From: Camelus dromedarius | Taxonomy: Eukaryota | NCBI RefSeq assembly: GCF_036321535.1 | Contig: NC_087436.1 | Coordinates: 10,230,001 to 10,294,000, forward strand | Direction: 5' to 3' | Length of the DNA stretch: 64,000 bases | In this document: positions 52,400 through 64,000 of the stretch, piece after piece | Layout: every line of letters starts with the position of its first letter | How positions within the stretch are numbered: the first letter of the stretch is position 1 | Notes under the pieces: model-generated | Told to the model about the DNA's origin: nothing | The model's input: the letters and a program-made list of their open reading frames with translations, nothing else | Database searches by the model: none | Program-made: the position numbers and the translations under genes

Positions 52400-53240
52400 C
52401 TGGCTAAAGGTGCCAGACCCAATTCCAATATGTGCGTGTGGCTGGGGAGTGGGTGCAATTCTCTGACACAAGCTGGATGTCCTATAACTCAACTCAATTC
52501 TGACAATATCCAGAGAGCACCAGAGACCAGCGGCGTAGGAACTGGTCCAACAAGACCACCCTCACTTCAGATGCCAATCAAAAGTCCGTGTTGTTGCCTG
52601 TGCTTCTGACTGGCTACAAATCAGAGGTTCCCACTAACTCCTCCTTGGATTCAATTTATTTGCTAGAGGGGCTCACAGAACTCAGGAAACCTGTGTACTC
52701 ACTAGACCAGCAGCTTCTTACGAAGGATATAAAGGATACAGATCAACAGCCAGCTGTAGACATATGTCAGGCGAGGTCCCAAACACAGGAGCTTCTGTCG
52801 TTGTGAAGTTTGGGGCCCGGCAGGGTGGTTCACAGCAAGGGTGCTGGCTCCCCTGCCCGCGCGCTCTCTGAACCCCTCCTTGTGGGTCTTTACAGAGGCT
52901 TTATTACAGAGGCCCAGTTGATTAAATCACTGGCCAATGGTGACTGATTCAACCTCCAGACCCTGACACCCACCCCACCGCCTCCCCGCTCAGAGGTCAG
53001 GAGGTGGGACTGAAAGTGCCAATCCTCTATTCCTGGCTGGTTTCCCTGGCAACCAGTCCCCATAAGGTGCTGTCCAAAGTCACCGCATTAACAGAAACCC
53101 AGCAGTGGTGCGAAGGGGCTTGTCAGTATCAACACACCTTTATCGCTCTTACCCCCTAGGAAATTCCAAGGGTCTCAAGCTCTGTGCCAGAGCCAGGGAT
53201 AAAAACCAAAGATATACCCATTAAAAATCACAGTGTCACA
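52400..53240 (-). mobile_element. MER21-like LTR, sense to MARCHF1
   Basis: Reverse complement begins tgtgacactgtgat ... atccctggctctggcacagagc..acccttggaatttcct, as in MER21B/C. Confidence 0.75.
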
Positions 53241-54152
53241 CATGCTCACGTTGACAGCCATCATCTTCCATTCAGCAGTAAATCTCAAGCGCATTAAAAT
53301 TAAGAGAAGCTAAAAATCCTTAGCCTTTCATCTTTATGACCCTATCTTCCACGCTGCTTCTTTTATCTCTTCTGATAATCTCTTGCTATGAGACTGCTCA
53401 TCAGAACTTTAAGCTGATGAGACAGCTAAGTCAAGGCTGCAAGGTACTTGCCAAAATAGAGTAGTTAAAAAAAAAAGATAACTGACAAAAACACCAAACA
53501 GCTGACAAATGCAATCAGCTGTGATGCAGGGATTTGCATGGTCTTAACTGGGGACTGGACGCTGAAAAAGAAAGCAACAGAAAGTTCCTCTACCTTAGTT
53601 CACAGACAATAAAATTCAAAGGCACTTACGAAGCTGAACAAATCTGACACAAATGTTTTGTTTAATAAGTCAAAGAATAAGGAGTTTAAAACAATGAACT
53701 TGTGTATCACCAACTCTGTCTGTCCCTCCCGGGTTAGACAGTACTGCACTCCCGAACTCAGTAGTCACAGGTACATGGAGCTTTCACTGGGCACACACTG
53801 CTTGGCAAATTCCAAGACGTGCACAAAAGATCAAGTTAATTAAAAGACACTTTGAAATACAGCAACTGACTTCTAGTTCTTAACATCTAGATTCTGCATC
53901 AATGATTTTCAATTTTTTTTTTGAAAGAAGTAAGGCTCCTTTTTCCAAATTAAATATTACCATGGACTCCTAAATGTAGAATAGATTAAAGTAAAATGTT
54001 CTCTTTGGAGAAGGGGGGGGGTCACACCTCCAGACAACTAAGGAGTCCTCAGACATCGTTATGAATAAACCAAATCCCACATGGCGGTGACCTGAATCTA
54101 AAAATCCCAGTTCAGACTCCTAACCTGATGGCATAAAGACACATTCCACCTG

Positions 54153-54408
54153 CAGGGTCACTTTATCCAGTAAGGTACAGGAAGCACAGGGCTTAAGACC
54201 TGTGATATGTTTAAAAGCTCATCAAAATGTTTTGATTTTCGTTTCTTTAAAATTAATAAAAATAAAGGCATAACAATGAATCCAGACTAGACGGTATCTG
54301 TTTTTATACTAACATGGTCATAAAGAACAAGTTTAAATTTTGGGAGGAGTAAGGAGAAGCACCAAAGGCAGCGGTCCTTTGGGCTCAAGGAAGTCACGAT
54401 GCAGCCTG
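54153..54408. mobile_element. ORSL-like hAT-Tip100 non-autonomous element
   Basis: cagggtcactttatccagtaagg ... aaaatgttttgattt ... aatgaatccag ... gaagtcacgatgcagcctg. Confidence 0.65.
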
Positions 54409-55219
54409 ATCAGGATGCTCTGGTCCTGATCCCGGCCGTTTCAGGACATTCTGCAGAACGAAAGAGAGCTGATTCCACTATACGTCTGGGGACACAGGAA
54501 AATCCCATGTCACTCTTGATGTCAGAATATTTAGGAATACAGACAAAAGTAACTATATGGATACAAATTACAATGTGTTTAAGTTGCTTAAAAGCTTCTG
54601 TCAAGAATATAACTGAACAGAGATGCTCAAAATGTTGCCAAAACAGGAATCTGCTCTGGGGGAGAACTTGGCTGGCTGCAGTCTGTTCTAAGAAGTATAG
54701 ACACTCGGGTGATGGGGTGGGTGGGGTGGGGGAGGGGACTTAGAGCAACCGACCGGTCCTTCTGCCTCAAGGAAATCCTCTTCAAAGCGCATTTTCAGGC
54801 AGGAAAGACAACTAACCAAATTCCTCCACTCACACTATCATTTTATTTCATTACAAACATTTTTGCATGTGTGACAAAAACATTCAGGGTTCCCTGGAAG
54901 TACTGCTTGAGCACGTGCAACATTTAAAGAAAAAAACCCTGTTAGACAAGCCAGCCGTGTGCTTGAAGGTTATGAAGGTGAAGTGCGAATTCATCCCCTT
55001 ATCCACCCTTTTCCCCTTCATTGTGATTTTTCTTTTCCCACGGGGGAAAAAAATGGTGCAAACTAGCTAGAAAACTCTGACCACTGACGCCCCTGCCAGA
55101 GAGAGAATAAATCTGTGTTCTAGAGTAAACGCTCAAAGCCACTTTGCATTTTATTATAAATCTTTCTAAAAACATCTTAGATCGCTTTTCAATAGGTAAA
55201 AGTTATCAGTTTTGGTGCT

Positions 55220-55835
55220 GCATTGGGCATACCGAGGCAATCTCTCGGAGGGAGGGTTTTTAAATGAATGCCGGGGGGAGGGGGAGAGGGAGGAGGGGGG
55301 CTGTCCGGTGTCGAGTGGGTGCGTGTGGGTGACACCTCCACGCCCCTCCAGGCAAACTCTCACGTATAATACGGCGCATGCAAACATGCTCGCTGCAGCC
55401 TCACACAGGGAGTTAAAATGTCTTATTTCACTTAACTTACTCTTGAGCCTTATTCACGTCGTCGTTGCTGAATCCTGAGAACCAGTATCAATAAATGGTC
55501 CAAGGCATTAATATCTCCTCATCTATCTAGTTCTAATGAACGAGGCGAACCAGAGCATCTGAACCATTTGTCCCCGAGCCTTCTGAAAACCATAAAATAC
55601 GTCATTTGGTAGCGTTACTTTGATAAAGTTTTGGCTACTGTAATACACAGCTTTATGATATTTTTCTATTTCTATTTTCATCGTGTGGGTGATTCTCAAA
55701 CTGATTTTAAACAAAAATTTTCAGCATTAAAAAAAGTGTTTTTTATTTTATTGCTCCTAACCAATTCTTCCTCTTTTTGAGTTGCACGCATGCGTGCGTA
55801 CAAGCACGCGCGCACAGCCCCCTCCTCCCCACCCA
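55220..55835. promoter_or_regulatory. CpG-retaining unique segment, candidate enhancer or alternative promoter
   Basis: Many CpGs in an AT-rich background, G-rich/GC-box tracts, palindrome gcacgcatgcgtgc, CCAAT. Confidence 0.4.
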
Positions 55836-58029
55836 ACACACCAAAATAAAACCCTCTTGATTTTTTGTGCCAGTTCTGTGTACCTGCTTCCGTAAAGTGG
55901 TTATTTAAGGAATTTATTATCAGGAATTTGTCAAAGAAGTACACATTGGGATTTAGACCACCTGCATCTCCATAAATACAAAACACTGATTTTAAAGGGC
56001 AACCATCCATCCCTTCCTCCTGGGTCCATGCAGGCTTCCTTTCACTGAATGGGTTGAGCCTCTATCCACCTGCTCTCACTGTCAAGTTTAATTTCAAGGA
56101 GCAGAGGAATCACAGGACAGACGCCATGTCACAAGACAGAATTTACAGACTTTTCTTTTTTGGCCTATTTTCAGAGACTTCAAGGTTCTGCTTTATACTT
56201 CCTGTTTCTAACCACGGTTACATGTTCCCATTTTAAAATCATCATTTAAAAACAGTTTAAAGTGCTACTGTTAAACTGGTAAATAGAAATGACACGAAAA
56301 CCACAAAGCCCTGGATTTTTGGAAGCCTCCTGTTACACGGCTCTAAGAACTCCAAGGTTTTTGAGAGGAGGGACCATTTTTGGCTTGTATACATACAGTG
56401 CCCTGTCATTTTTAATCTCTGGAGATTAAAATAATATGCAGTAAGTTTTATAAGCCAAAAAAAAAAAAAAAAAGAATTGTACAACACTATTTTTTTTTTT
56501 CTTAAAGCCAGTTAGTTTGTCCAGTGCAAAATACTTTTTAGAAAACCCACCAGTGTGACTGTGCACAGAGGTTCTGATCGAAAACGGGTGGGGTGGGGGG
56601 GTGACCAGAAGCAGGGCTGCAGGGACCGAGTCACGTGCTCCTCGCTGAACACATGGCTAAGCCACTGGCTGCTACCACCCACTGGCCAGCAAGAGAAAAG
56701 TACCAGACTTTTTCATCATTACCTTTGTGTTCCAACTGTAGGCTTGACCAGCATCAGCCATGCCCCATCAATCAGAAGATGAAAACAACATTCTACTGAC
56801 TGGATCCTAAAACATTTACGGACATCAAAATGCACACACGTGCCTTAAACTTCAAATAAGACTATGTAAGAAGCCCCTGGAGCAATGGCGAATTCGTGCG
56901 GAAGTCTTTGTTGGCTTTAGGATATTCTGATACGGTTGTATAAACTGTACGGTTTTATAAATTTTAAAAACTTTAAAATTTGATGGAAAGGTAATTTTTT
57001 ATGACTCTGCTCTTTTATTTTTGGAGGCCCTGTGTTAGAATAAACACACACGATCCCTGTAAGCCAAATACTTCTAGTTAAAAACACCAGGGGTGCTTTA
57101 GAGATTGAATCAGGCTATTTATCTGACATAAATATAAGACCAATTGACCATGATATTGTTACATCACCAGGTGGTATAAACAACCATAATTTGGAGACAC
57201 TTGACTACAGTTTTTGGAGTATATGCCAAACAAACCCAGAGTTCACCAGTTCACTACCAGGTTGACAAGGAACTAGTGAATTACATTCGATGAAACTGCT
57301 GGAGCCTAATCTCAGTGGGGCAGTGAGCTACGTGCTAGTAACGGAGGATCAGTGAGATGTAGTCAGCACCCGCCGTGAACAATGGATACAACCTAAGTGA
57401 AGCAGATACGCCAGCAATTCATGTGTTTCCTGTTTGATGATACAGGCTCACGCATACTGCAGAGAACAGCACCACGAAGTGGCTGGCTCCACTTAGGAAG
57501 AGCGGAAGATGGAGGCAGAATGGGCAGAAAAAGGTGAGAGCTTATATGTAACAAATGAGGTGGTCTTTGGGGGAGACCAAGGCCTGCCAGACACACGTGG
57601 GAAAGAAGCCACATCAGAGGCAGGCGGACAGCAACTTTGTTCCCACGGGAAGGTGGCGTCAGCGGAGCACTGAGGGTGAGTTGAAAACACAAGGATGGCT
57701 TGGGTGAACAGCTCTGAAAGTCAAAACCAAATCTTTTAGAAGCAAGGCTCCTTTATTATTTTTCCTTTGAATTGTAAAGGATAGTGTGAAAGCCCCATAA
57801 TGTGCCTTCTTTTTGGCAGTAAAATATGTGGAAGAGTCACCCAAATTAGCTAGAAATCTCAATGAGTTATCACAAAACAAATCAGGTCCAGACACAGAAT
57901 ACTGCATCCACTTTAGAAGCAGCCTTCAGTCACCTACACCTTTTTCCCACATAAAGAGAATCATTATTTTGTCTTTTATGAGAATATCTTCTTTCTTTGG
58001 AAAAATGTTTTCAGCATCTATCTGTGTAG

Positions 58030-58930
58030 TCCTAACAACTACTTCCAACTTTGCCTGTTTTGAAACCTTATGTAAACAGAACTATGCAAGATGCATTATT
58101 TTATGACTGGTCTCACAACACTGTAATTTTTTAAGATTAAGGTTAATCTTAATTTTTAATTTTAAGATTAATTTTTTGCCTGTAGAAGCAAGCTCATTCA
58201 TTTTCATTGCTGTATTGTGTTCCATTTTATAAGCATGCCATAATTTCTTTACCTATTTTATTTGGAGATTTGGGTTAAGTTTTGCACTACTAAAAATAAC
58301 AGTGCTATAAAGATTTTTGTATGAATCTTGGTGTAAATGTGCACACATTTCTATTTGTATATATAATTGGCTGGAAATGCTCAGTCATAAGGTTTATGAA
58401 TTTTCAATTTTCGGAGATAATGCCCCAAGTGGTTGTTTCAGTTAACCCTCCCTCCACCCCCTGCCCGTGTTCCTTATTCTCTCCAGCACTAAGTATTTTA
58501 AGCCTTTTAAATTGTAGCCCTTCTAGTATCTATGTAATAGTATCTCTTTATGCTTTAAATGTGCATTTCTTTGATTACTCATTAGCTTGAACATCTTTCA
58601 TATGTTGATTAACTATTTGGATATTTTCTTTTATGACGTGCCTTTAACTACCATTTTTCTCTTCGGCTGTCAGGTTGATTTTTTGCCCCCTTAGTGAATC
58701 ACAGGTCTTTATATAAATCTTTGTCTGCTATGTGTGTTTAAAATCTTTTCCTACTCCACAGCTTGCCTTTGTACTCCATCAATGGTGTCGTGTGATGAGC
58801 AGTTTCTTCATTTCATTTCAGTCTGATCACTTCATCTTTTCTTTTATGGTCAGTGGTCTCTGTATCAGAGTGTAAAATTCTTTCACTCCTGAATTCATTA
58901 AGAAATTCTCTCATGTTTCTATGTATTTTC
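58030..58930 (-). mobile_element. Old L1 3' region
   Basis: tcattcattttcattgctgtattgtgttccatt, tgcatttctttgattact, gaacatctttcatatgtt. Confidence 0.7.
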
Positions 58931-61809
58931 TAGAAGCCAAGAAAATCAGCCCAAGAACATGATCTCAAGGTCCCTTTCCCTGCACACTCCTTGGGGACAG
59001 ACTCTTGGAAGTGTTTGGAGGGAAGAAGGGAGAAGCCATACTTTGCCAGAGGCTTTTGTAGCTGATCTGTGGGCTGGTCTGAGGGTCACAGCGGCTCTCC
59101 GATGAGCCGTTGAGATCCACCCATTTCTCTTCTGCAGACTGTGGTATTAGTGGGAGCTTCTGAGAATTTCCAGAGAATTGCAGCAGCTTTTGGAAAGCTT
59201 TGGAGAACTCTTCCATTGGTGCTTCTGGCTGAGTGCAGTAATTTCTCATGGTAACTCTGTGATCTGCAGCTCCTCCGATCTCCCAGGGTTGCTGGAAGCC
59301 TCCAGTGCTTATATGAAATGCTCTATGCCGGGGACACATCCAGGTCCAGCTGCAGTCTTTCTGACTGAACCCTGACGTGGCTCTAGTTTTATCGTCTTGT
59401 TCTTTGGTTGCCTGGTTAGCTTTGTTGTTGGACATTGTAGTCCTGAGACTCCTTTTTAGAAATAATTTGAGCCAAAGCGAGAATTCAGCGTTGCTCATTC
59501 CAGGCACCTCGTGTCACTAGTAATCCAGAATCTCATTAATTTTGTTCCACGTGTTGAAACGATTTGACACAAGCTGCACCTGCTGTGAGGCATGTCTACT
59601 TTCTGCTCACAGTTAATCCGTGGGGTCAGCCTTGAAGGGCCACCAGAGTGGGGGGGGCAGGTGTTTACCAGGTCCCTGACTAGGGGGCCCTGGCCTCCCA
59701 GATGATCAGCTGCTTGGCCATTTCTGAAATTGCTAAATACCTCTATAGCTCTTTCCCTGCACAGGGAAAAGTAGCGCCAAATGCCACGCTCCCCTCACTA
59801 GGTGTCAACCCTCTGGGTCTTTGCCTGCTATTCCATCCCTTTCATGTTAATTCTCCAAATTCTTGCACCAAAGATGATTTTTAAAATAATTCTTTTAGCT
59901 TTTCTAATTGTTTTTTGGTGGGAGTAATGATCCAAATTAGTTATTAAGAGAAGCAGGAGTCACCTATGATGAGTTACAGTTTATCTGTTTAAATGTCATT
60001 CATTATACACAAATCTCTCCTCATACATAATCATAAATTTCAACTGGGTTAGAAAGATTTACCTTAAAAACTATAAAAGAAGTGGAAAAAAACTTTTAAT
60101 GATACGTGTCTTTCTAAGTTAGAAAGAAAAACTAGAAACCAGAAAGAACAAGAAGAGAGCGAGAGAAACAGAGATTCTACTATATACATTTTAGTATTTC
60201 TATACGTTAAAAAATAAAGTTAAAATAAAAGTTACAGACTGAGAATGAGTATTTATTCATATATAATGGAAGCATTATTTGTATCTATCATTTATTACTC
60301 CTTCAATTGCATTTACTTTGTATGTTTCCCTTTTTTTTTTTCTGGTCTCAGTTTATTCTCAGTATAGCTTTACATTTATGCTTTATAGACTTAAAGACCT
60401 CTTATTACCCACTGAGAATGTGGAATATTTTTTGAAATGGTTTATTCATTAATTCAATGAATATTTATGGAAGGTCCACTGAGTCACACAAATGTTTTAG
60501 GAGCTGGTGATATAATTGCTAAGAAGAAAGACAAAAGTTCTACTTCTGGATGCCAGTCACCGTAATGGTTCTATTTTTCTTATGAATCTCCAAGTGTTTT
60601 CTTTCTCTTATCTTATAGGAGTACCTGGCAATTAGAAGTGTGTTTTCGTTTCTGTTCATTAATCATTGAATGAGAGGAGAGCCAGGCAGACCTGGTGTGT
60701 CAATGGGAAAACTGTGAGATGATCTTGACTTCATTCCTTCTGGGTTCACTCATTTGCTCGTTGAATCCTTCCCCTTGAATTTCACTGGATGGTTGGTGGA
60801 GGATGTAGCTCCTTGCTGTCTTAGCAGTTGGATAACTAGGAGGTGTTCTCCTAGACCTTATAAATGGATGATGTAAATGAAAAAACAAAATCATCACAAC
60901 CTGCTGTACAAAGGCTCTTGTGCCTTATCTCTTCTATAATTAAATAGCCATTTCTCTGTTAGTCTGCCTTTTTGTTTTCTGGGAAATATAATTATCAACA
61001 AGATGCACACAATTACCAACAAGATGTGCTAAAGCTGAGAGTGACTGAGGGTGTTTGAATCCATACTGGCTGCTTCAGAAAGCAAGACTCATGATGGAGG
61101 GAGAGCTGCCAATAGCTGCTTTAGTAGAGATGCCACATGTCTCAGAAGGGGTCTGGCGGAATCAAGAGTCTGACAGCTATCTTTTAGTGAGAACACAATG
61201 TAATTCTTTTACCAACCGCCACCCACCCCTTTTTGTAAAGCATCATTCTAGTCTGGTAGTTTTTTGTATCCCTTTGTAGGTACTGTCCTTGTAAGTGTCA
61301 GGAGTGGGTCATATTAGAGGCTAATCAGATCCCATTTTCCTCCAGGGTTAATTTTTTAGTTCAGTTCCTCATGCTACATTTCCTAATATATATCTTTATT
61401 GGTATTTATAAGTAAATGCGTCAGTATTTAAATATGCATATATTAGATCTGCAAAACTCTGAATGGTATGTAATCAAGCAGGTCATGACATAATTTCATC
61501 CTCTAGACAATTACACATTTACCTAAAACCCTCACAGCAATTTAATTTGAAATAAGAACGATGCTAATTTTCCTAAAAACAAAAATGAGAAAAGAAACCC
61601 TTTCTTCAAAGACCATCTCAACAGATTTTGAAAACTTTTATTTTCTATTCTTTTATAAACTTATTTTTTTCTTCATTTCAAAAGTAGTTAAAGTTTATTG
61701 TTCAGATAAAGAAAAGAAGAATACGAAAGGTGTCCATCTTTCACTACAGAGCATTGCCATGTTGTATAAATTTGCTTCGTTTACTGTCCAGGGTTATTTA
61801 TGCAAAGAG

Positions 61810-61975
61810 GACTAAGAGTGCAGGCTCAGGGGTCTCATGTCCTAGTTTCAAATCTGTCACTTACAAGTGTGAGCCCCTATGGACTCAGTGCCTTAATTAC
61901 CTCATCTGTAAAATGGGGATAGTATATCCACTTCACCGGAGCAATTAACTGAGATAATACATACAAAGCTTTTTA
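61810..61975 (+). mobile_element. MIR SINE
   Basis: Contains the MIR core ctcagtg..cctcatctgtaaaatggggatagta. Confidence 0.75.
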
Positions 61976-62039
61976 AAATTTCCCATCACTTAAAATGCAG
62001 CTATTTTTATTAGTAAATTACTTGTTAAAAATGAGACTC

Positions 62040-62300
62040 TGGAAGCACCTGCATGCTTGGCTCATTCCTTCTTTCCTTGTCAAAAGACAACCTTCCATCT
62101 CTGCGTCTGCTGTTCCATGTCCTTTTCCTGATCTTAACCACTTGCCTCCCTCTTCTTGAGTCTCTGTGATGACATTGGGTCCCTCAGATAATCCAAGATC
62201 AACTCCCCATCCCAAGAGACTTAGTCACACTTGCAAATTCTCTTTTGCCCTGGAAGTCAGCATATTCACAGGGTCCAGGGATTAGCACACGAATGTTTTT
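62040..62300 (-). mobile_element. MLT1 (MaLR) LTR fragment
   Basis: tgtgatgacattgggtcc..cagataatccaagat ... tcacacttgcaaa ... attcacagggtccagggattag. Confidence 0.75.
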
Positions 62301-63829
62301 GGAGAAACTTAATTTATGAGTAATTCTTCATTATTTCTTCGAATACATTTCTAGACGTAAGTTGCTGGTCAAACAACATGTCCTTTTAAAACTTTTTGCT
62401 TAAAATTGCCCTACTTAAGATTTAGCAAAAGCCTAATTGAATGAGTATTAGCTAATGAAATCCAAGAATGCTGAATTAATTTACCCCTCTGGCCAGGGTT
62501 TCATGACAGGTGCATCTTATTTTAATGTTCAACATTTTGCAATTTCCAAACTTTCTTCATTATCTTCACACTAGGCTTTTAGTTCTGCTTTTCTTATTTG
62601 TTTAGTCAGTTTCCAATAACAAAACCAGAGGAATTTTCTTGGTTTTCTATACTGAAACAGAATGATAACAGAATAGAGACATCCTATTAAATAAGATTTG
62701 CTTTCTTATCAGTCGTAAAACAGCTATTCCATGAAATGCAGGTGACAAAAATATGTGAGATATGGCAACATCTAAAAAAAGGAAGAAATAAAGTTGTGAT
62801 TTCCTAGAGAAATCCATGAACATACTATCATAAAAGGCAAGAATTTTTTTTTGAGTGCTCACCATATGCCACAGAATTTGATACATTATATACTACTTTT
62901 GGAATCTGTCATGAATATGATTCATGAACTGCAGTTAGAGAATAAAGCTAGTACTGATTCAAAGCAAAGAAATGTGAGAAAAAAAAAAACCAAATAAAAC
63001 TTCTACTCCAGTTATGATGGTAAGCTAGTGTGGCTCCTAGTCACTCCTTCAAAATCAAACTTGGAAATACCAAAGCTGAGAGCAGAAACATGACTACAGG
63101 AGTCACTCACATAACTAAAAGCCAGCCCGACCTGACTCTCCCCTTGGAGACTGACCGAGGCCTTGAACAGGGAGTCTGGGGAGGGGTAAAGGGCCTTTGG
63201 GAATCTCTCAAGTTCCTCTTTTGCTTCTCCCCTTCATTGTCTTCAGATCATCACTCCTTTCCCTTTCATCATCCAACTCACCACCAACATCTGGAGGATA
63301 GTGACTTAAGGTACAATCAGGGCTGAAAACCATAACGGAGCCAAACACAAGCAACAAGGAAACAAAGGTGACGGGCTGAGGAGGGCTGAACAGGGGCCCT
63401 CACACATTAGGGCTCCTCCAGCCCCACCTGGTCTAAATCCCCAGGGCAGTAGGTTACTGCTTAGGAAGGAAAACTCCTCCTTATGCTCCTCACTTCATTT
63501 CAAAAGTTGAGGTGAAAACCTGACCCAAGCATGTACTCAGAAAAGTGACAGCAAGTGGGGGCTGTCAGCAGAGGTCTGGGTGTCCGGAGCCCTCTGCTGT
63601 CACTCATCTGGACCCCTGGCTGTCAGCCCTTCTCCAGCACCCCTGACCAGAGTAACTGATTTCTCCAGGGAAGCAGTGTCACAAATCAAATACTGGAACC
63701 TGGTGATGCAACCTTTGTAAGACGTTTCAGTCGGATGACACATACCATCTGAAGCACAATCACTGGAGTGAGAATTTAAAATAAGCATAATATTTATGCT
63801 TGAGCAGAAAAGGTAAAACAGCAGCAATA

Positions 63830-64000
63830 ATAAACAAAAAATGTTATAGAATTGGAACCATTACACAGTAAAATACAATGGTTGAAATAATGAACATAAT
63901 AGAGGGGATAAATACCAGGCTAGATGTAGCTGAAGAGTGAATTAGTGATTTGGAAGATAATATGGAGGCACTCTCCCAGAAGATGGCTCTAAAGTATAAA
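63830..64000 (+). mobile_element. Degraded L1 ORF1-like remnant, runs off the window end
   Basis: aggctagatgtagctgaagagtgaattagtgatttggaagataa resembles the ORF1 coiled coil (RLDxAEExISDLED). Confidence 0.6.

Larger units (their letters stand above)
1..64000 (-). other. MARCHF1: Internal part of the MARCHF1 transcription unit (mostly intron)
   Basis: MARCHF1 exons at 16215-17453 on the minus strand. Neither the downstream ICHCEGDEE... exon nor the upstream ...SSNISK exon was found in the window, so the flanks are inferred to be intronic. Confidence 0.85.

Noticed and set aside
58131..58152. Small hairpin ttaagattaa-gg-ttaatcttaa
   Set aside because: 10-bp AT-rich arms inside an old L1; probably a micro-duplication/inversion scar.
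58965..59507. 180-aa minus-strand ORF
   Set aside because: No recognisable domain or splice structure. It is adjacent to old L1 remnants, and this length is compatible with chance in 64 kb.
63435..63447. aaatccccagggc, resembling part of the upstream MARCHF1 exon (KSPG)
   Set aside because: Wrong strand, only 13 nt, and no flanking match.
1..64000. CRISPR array, operon or prokaryote-type defence system
   Set aside because: Mammalian intronic DNA; no regularly spaced repeat-spacer structure or gene-dense coding was seen.

Overview
Mammalian genomic DNA, most likely camelid given two camelid-type tRNA-derived SINEs and the L1 3' UTR type. The window appears to lie inside MARCHF1 (MARCH1, RING-CH E3 ubiquitin ligase) on the minus strand. 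Coding sequence is limited to ~16.2-17.5 kb: the 80-nt exon [27 protein letters not shown] (17263-17342), its 5'-extended first-exon form for the short isoform (MTDSRVCC..., ATG 17453), and a 768-nt in-frame cassette exon (16215-16982). The flanking MARCHF1 exons, including the RING-CH core, were not found. The rest is intron rich in L1, L2, MIR, LTR and DNA-transposon relics. I found no convincing new multi-gene system. Most notable: a 149-bp near-perfect hairpin I cannot assign to a family (35302-35450); a ~140-bp local copy of an ancient MIR segment inside a much younger L1 (44310-44449); both alternative exons ending in Cys-Arg, so either can supply the first RING-CH zinc ligand; a uORF and PU.1/ETS cluster at the short-isoform start; and two repeat-free candidate regulatory elements. 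Repeat families were called by eye from remembered consensus sequences, and most repeat boundaries are approximate.
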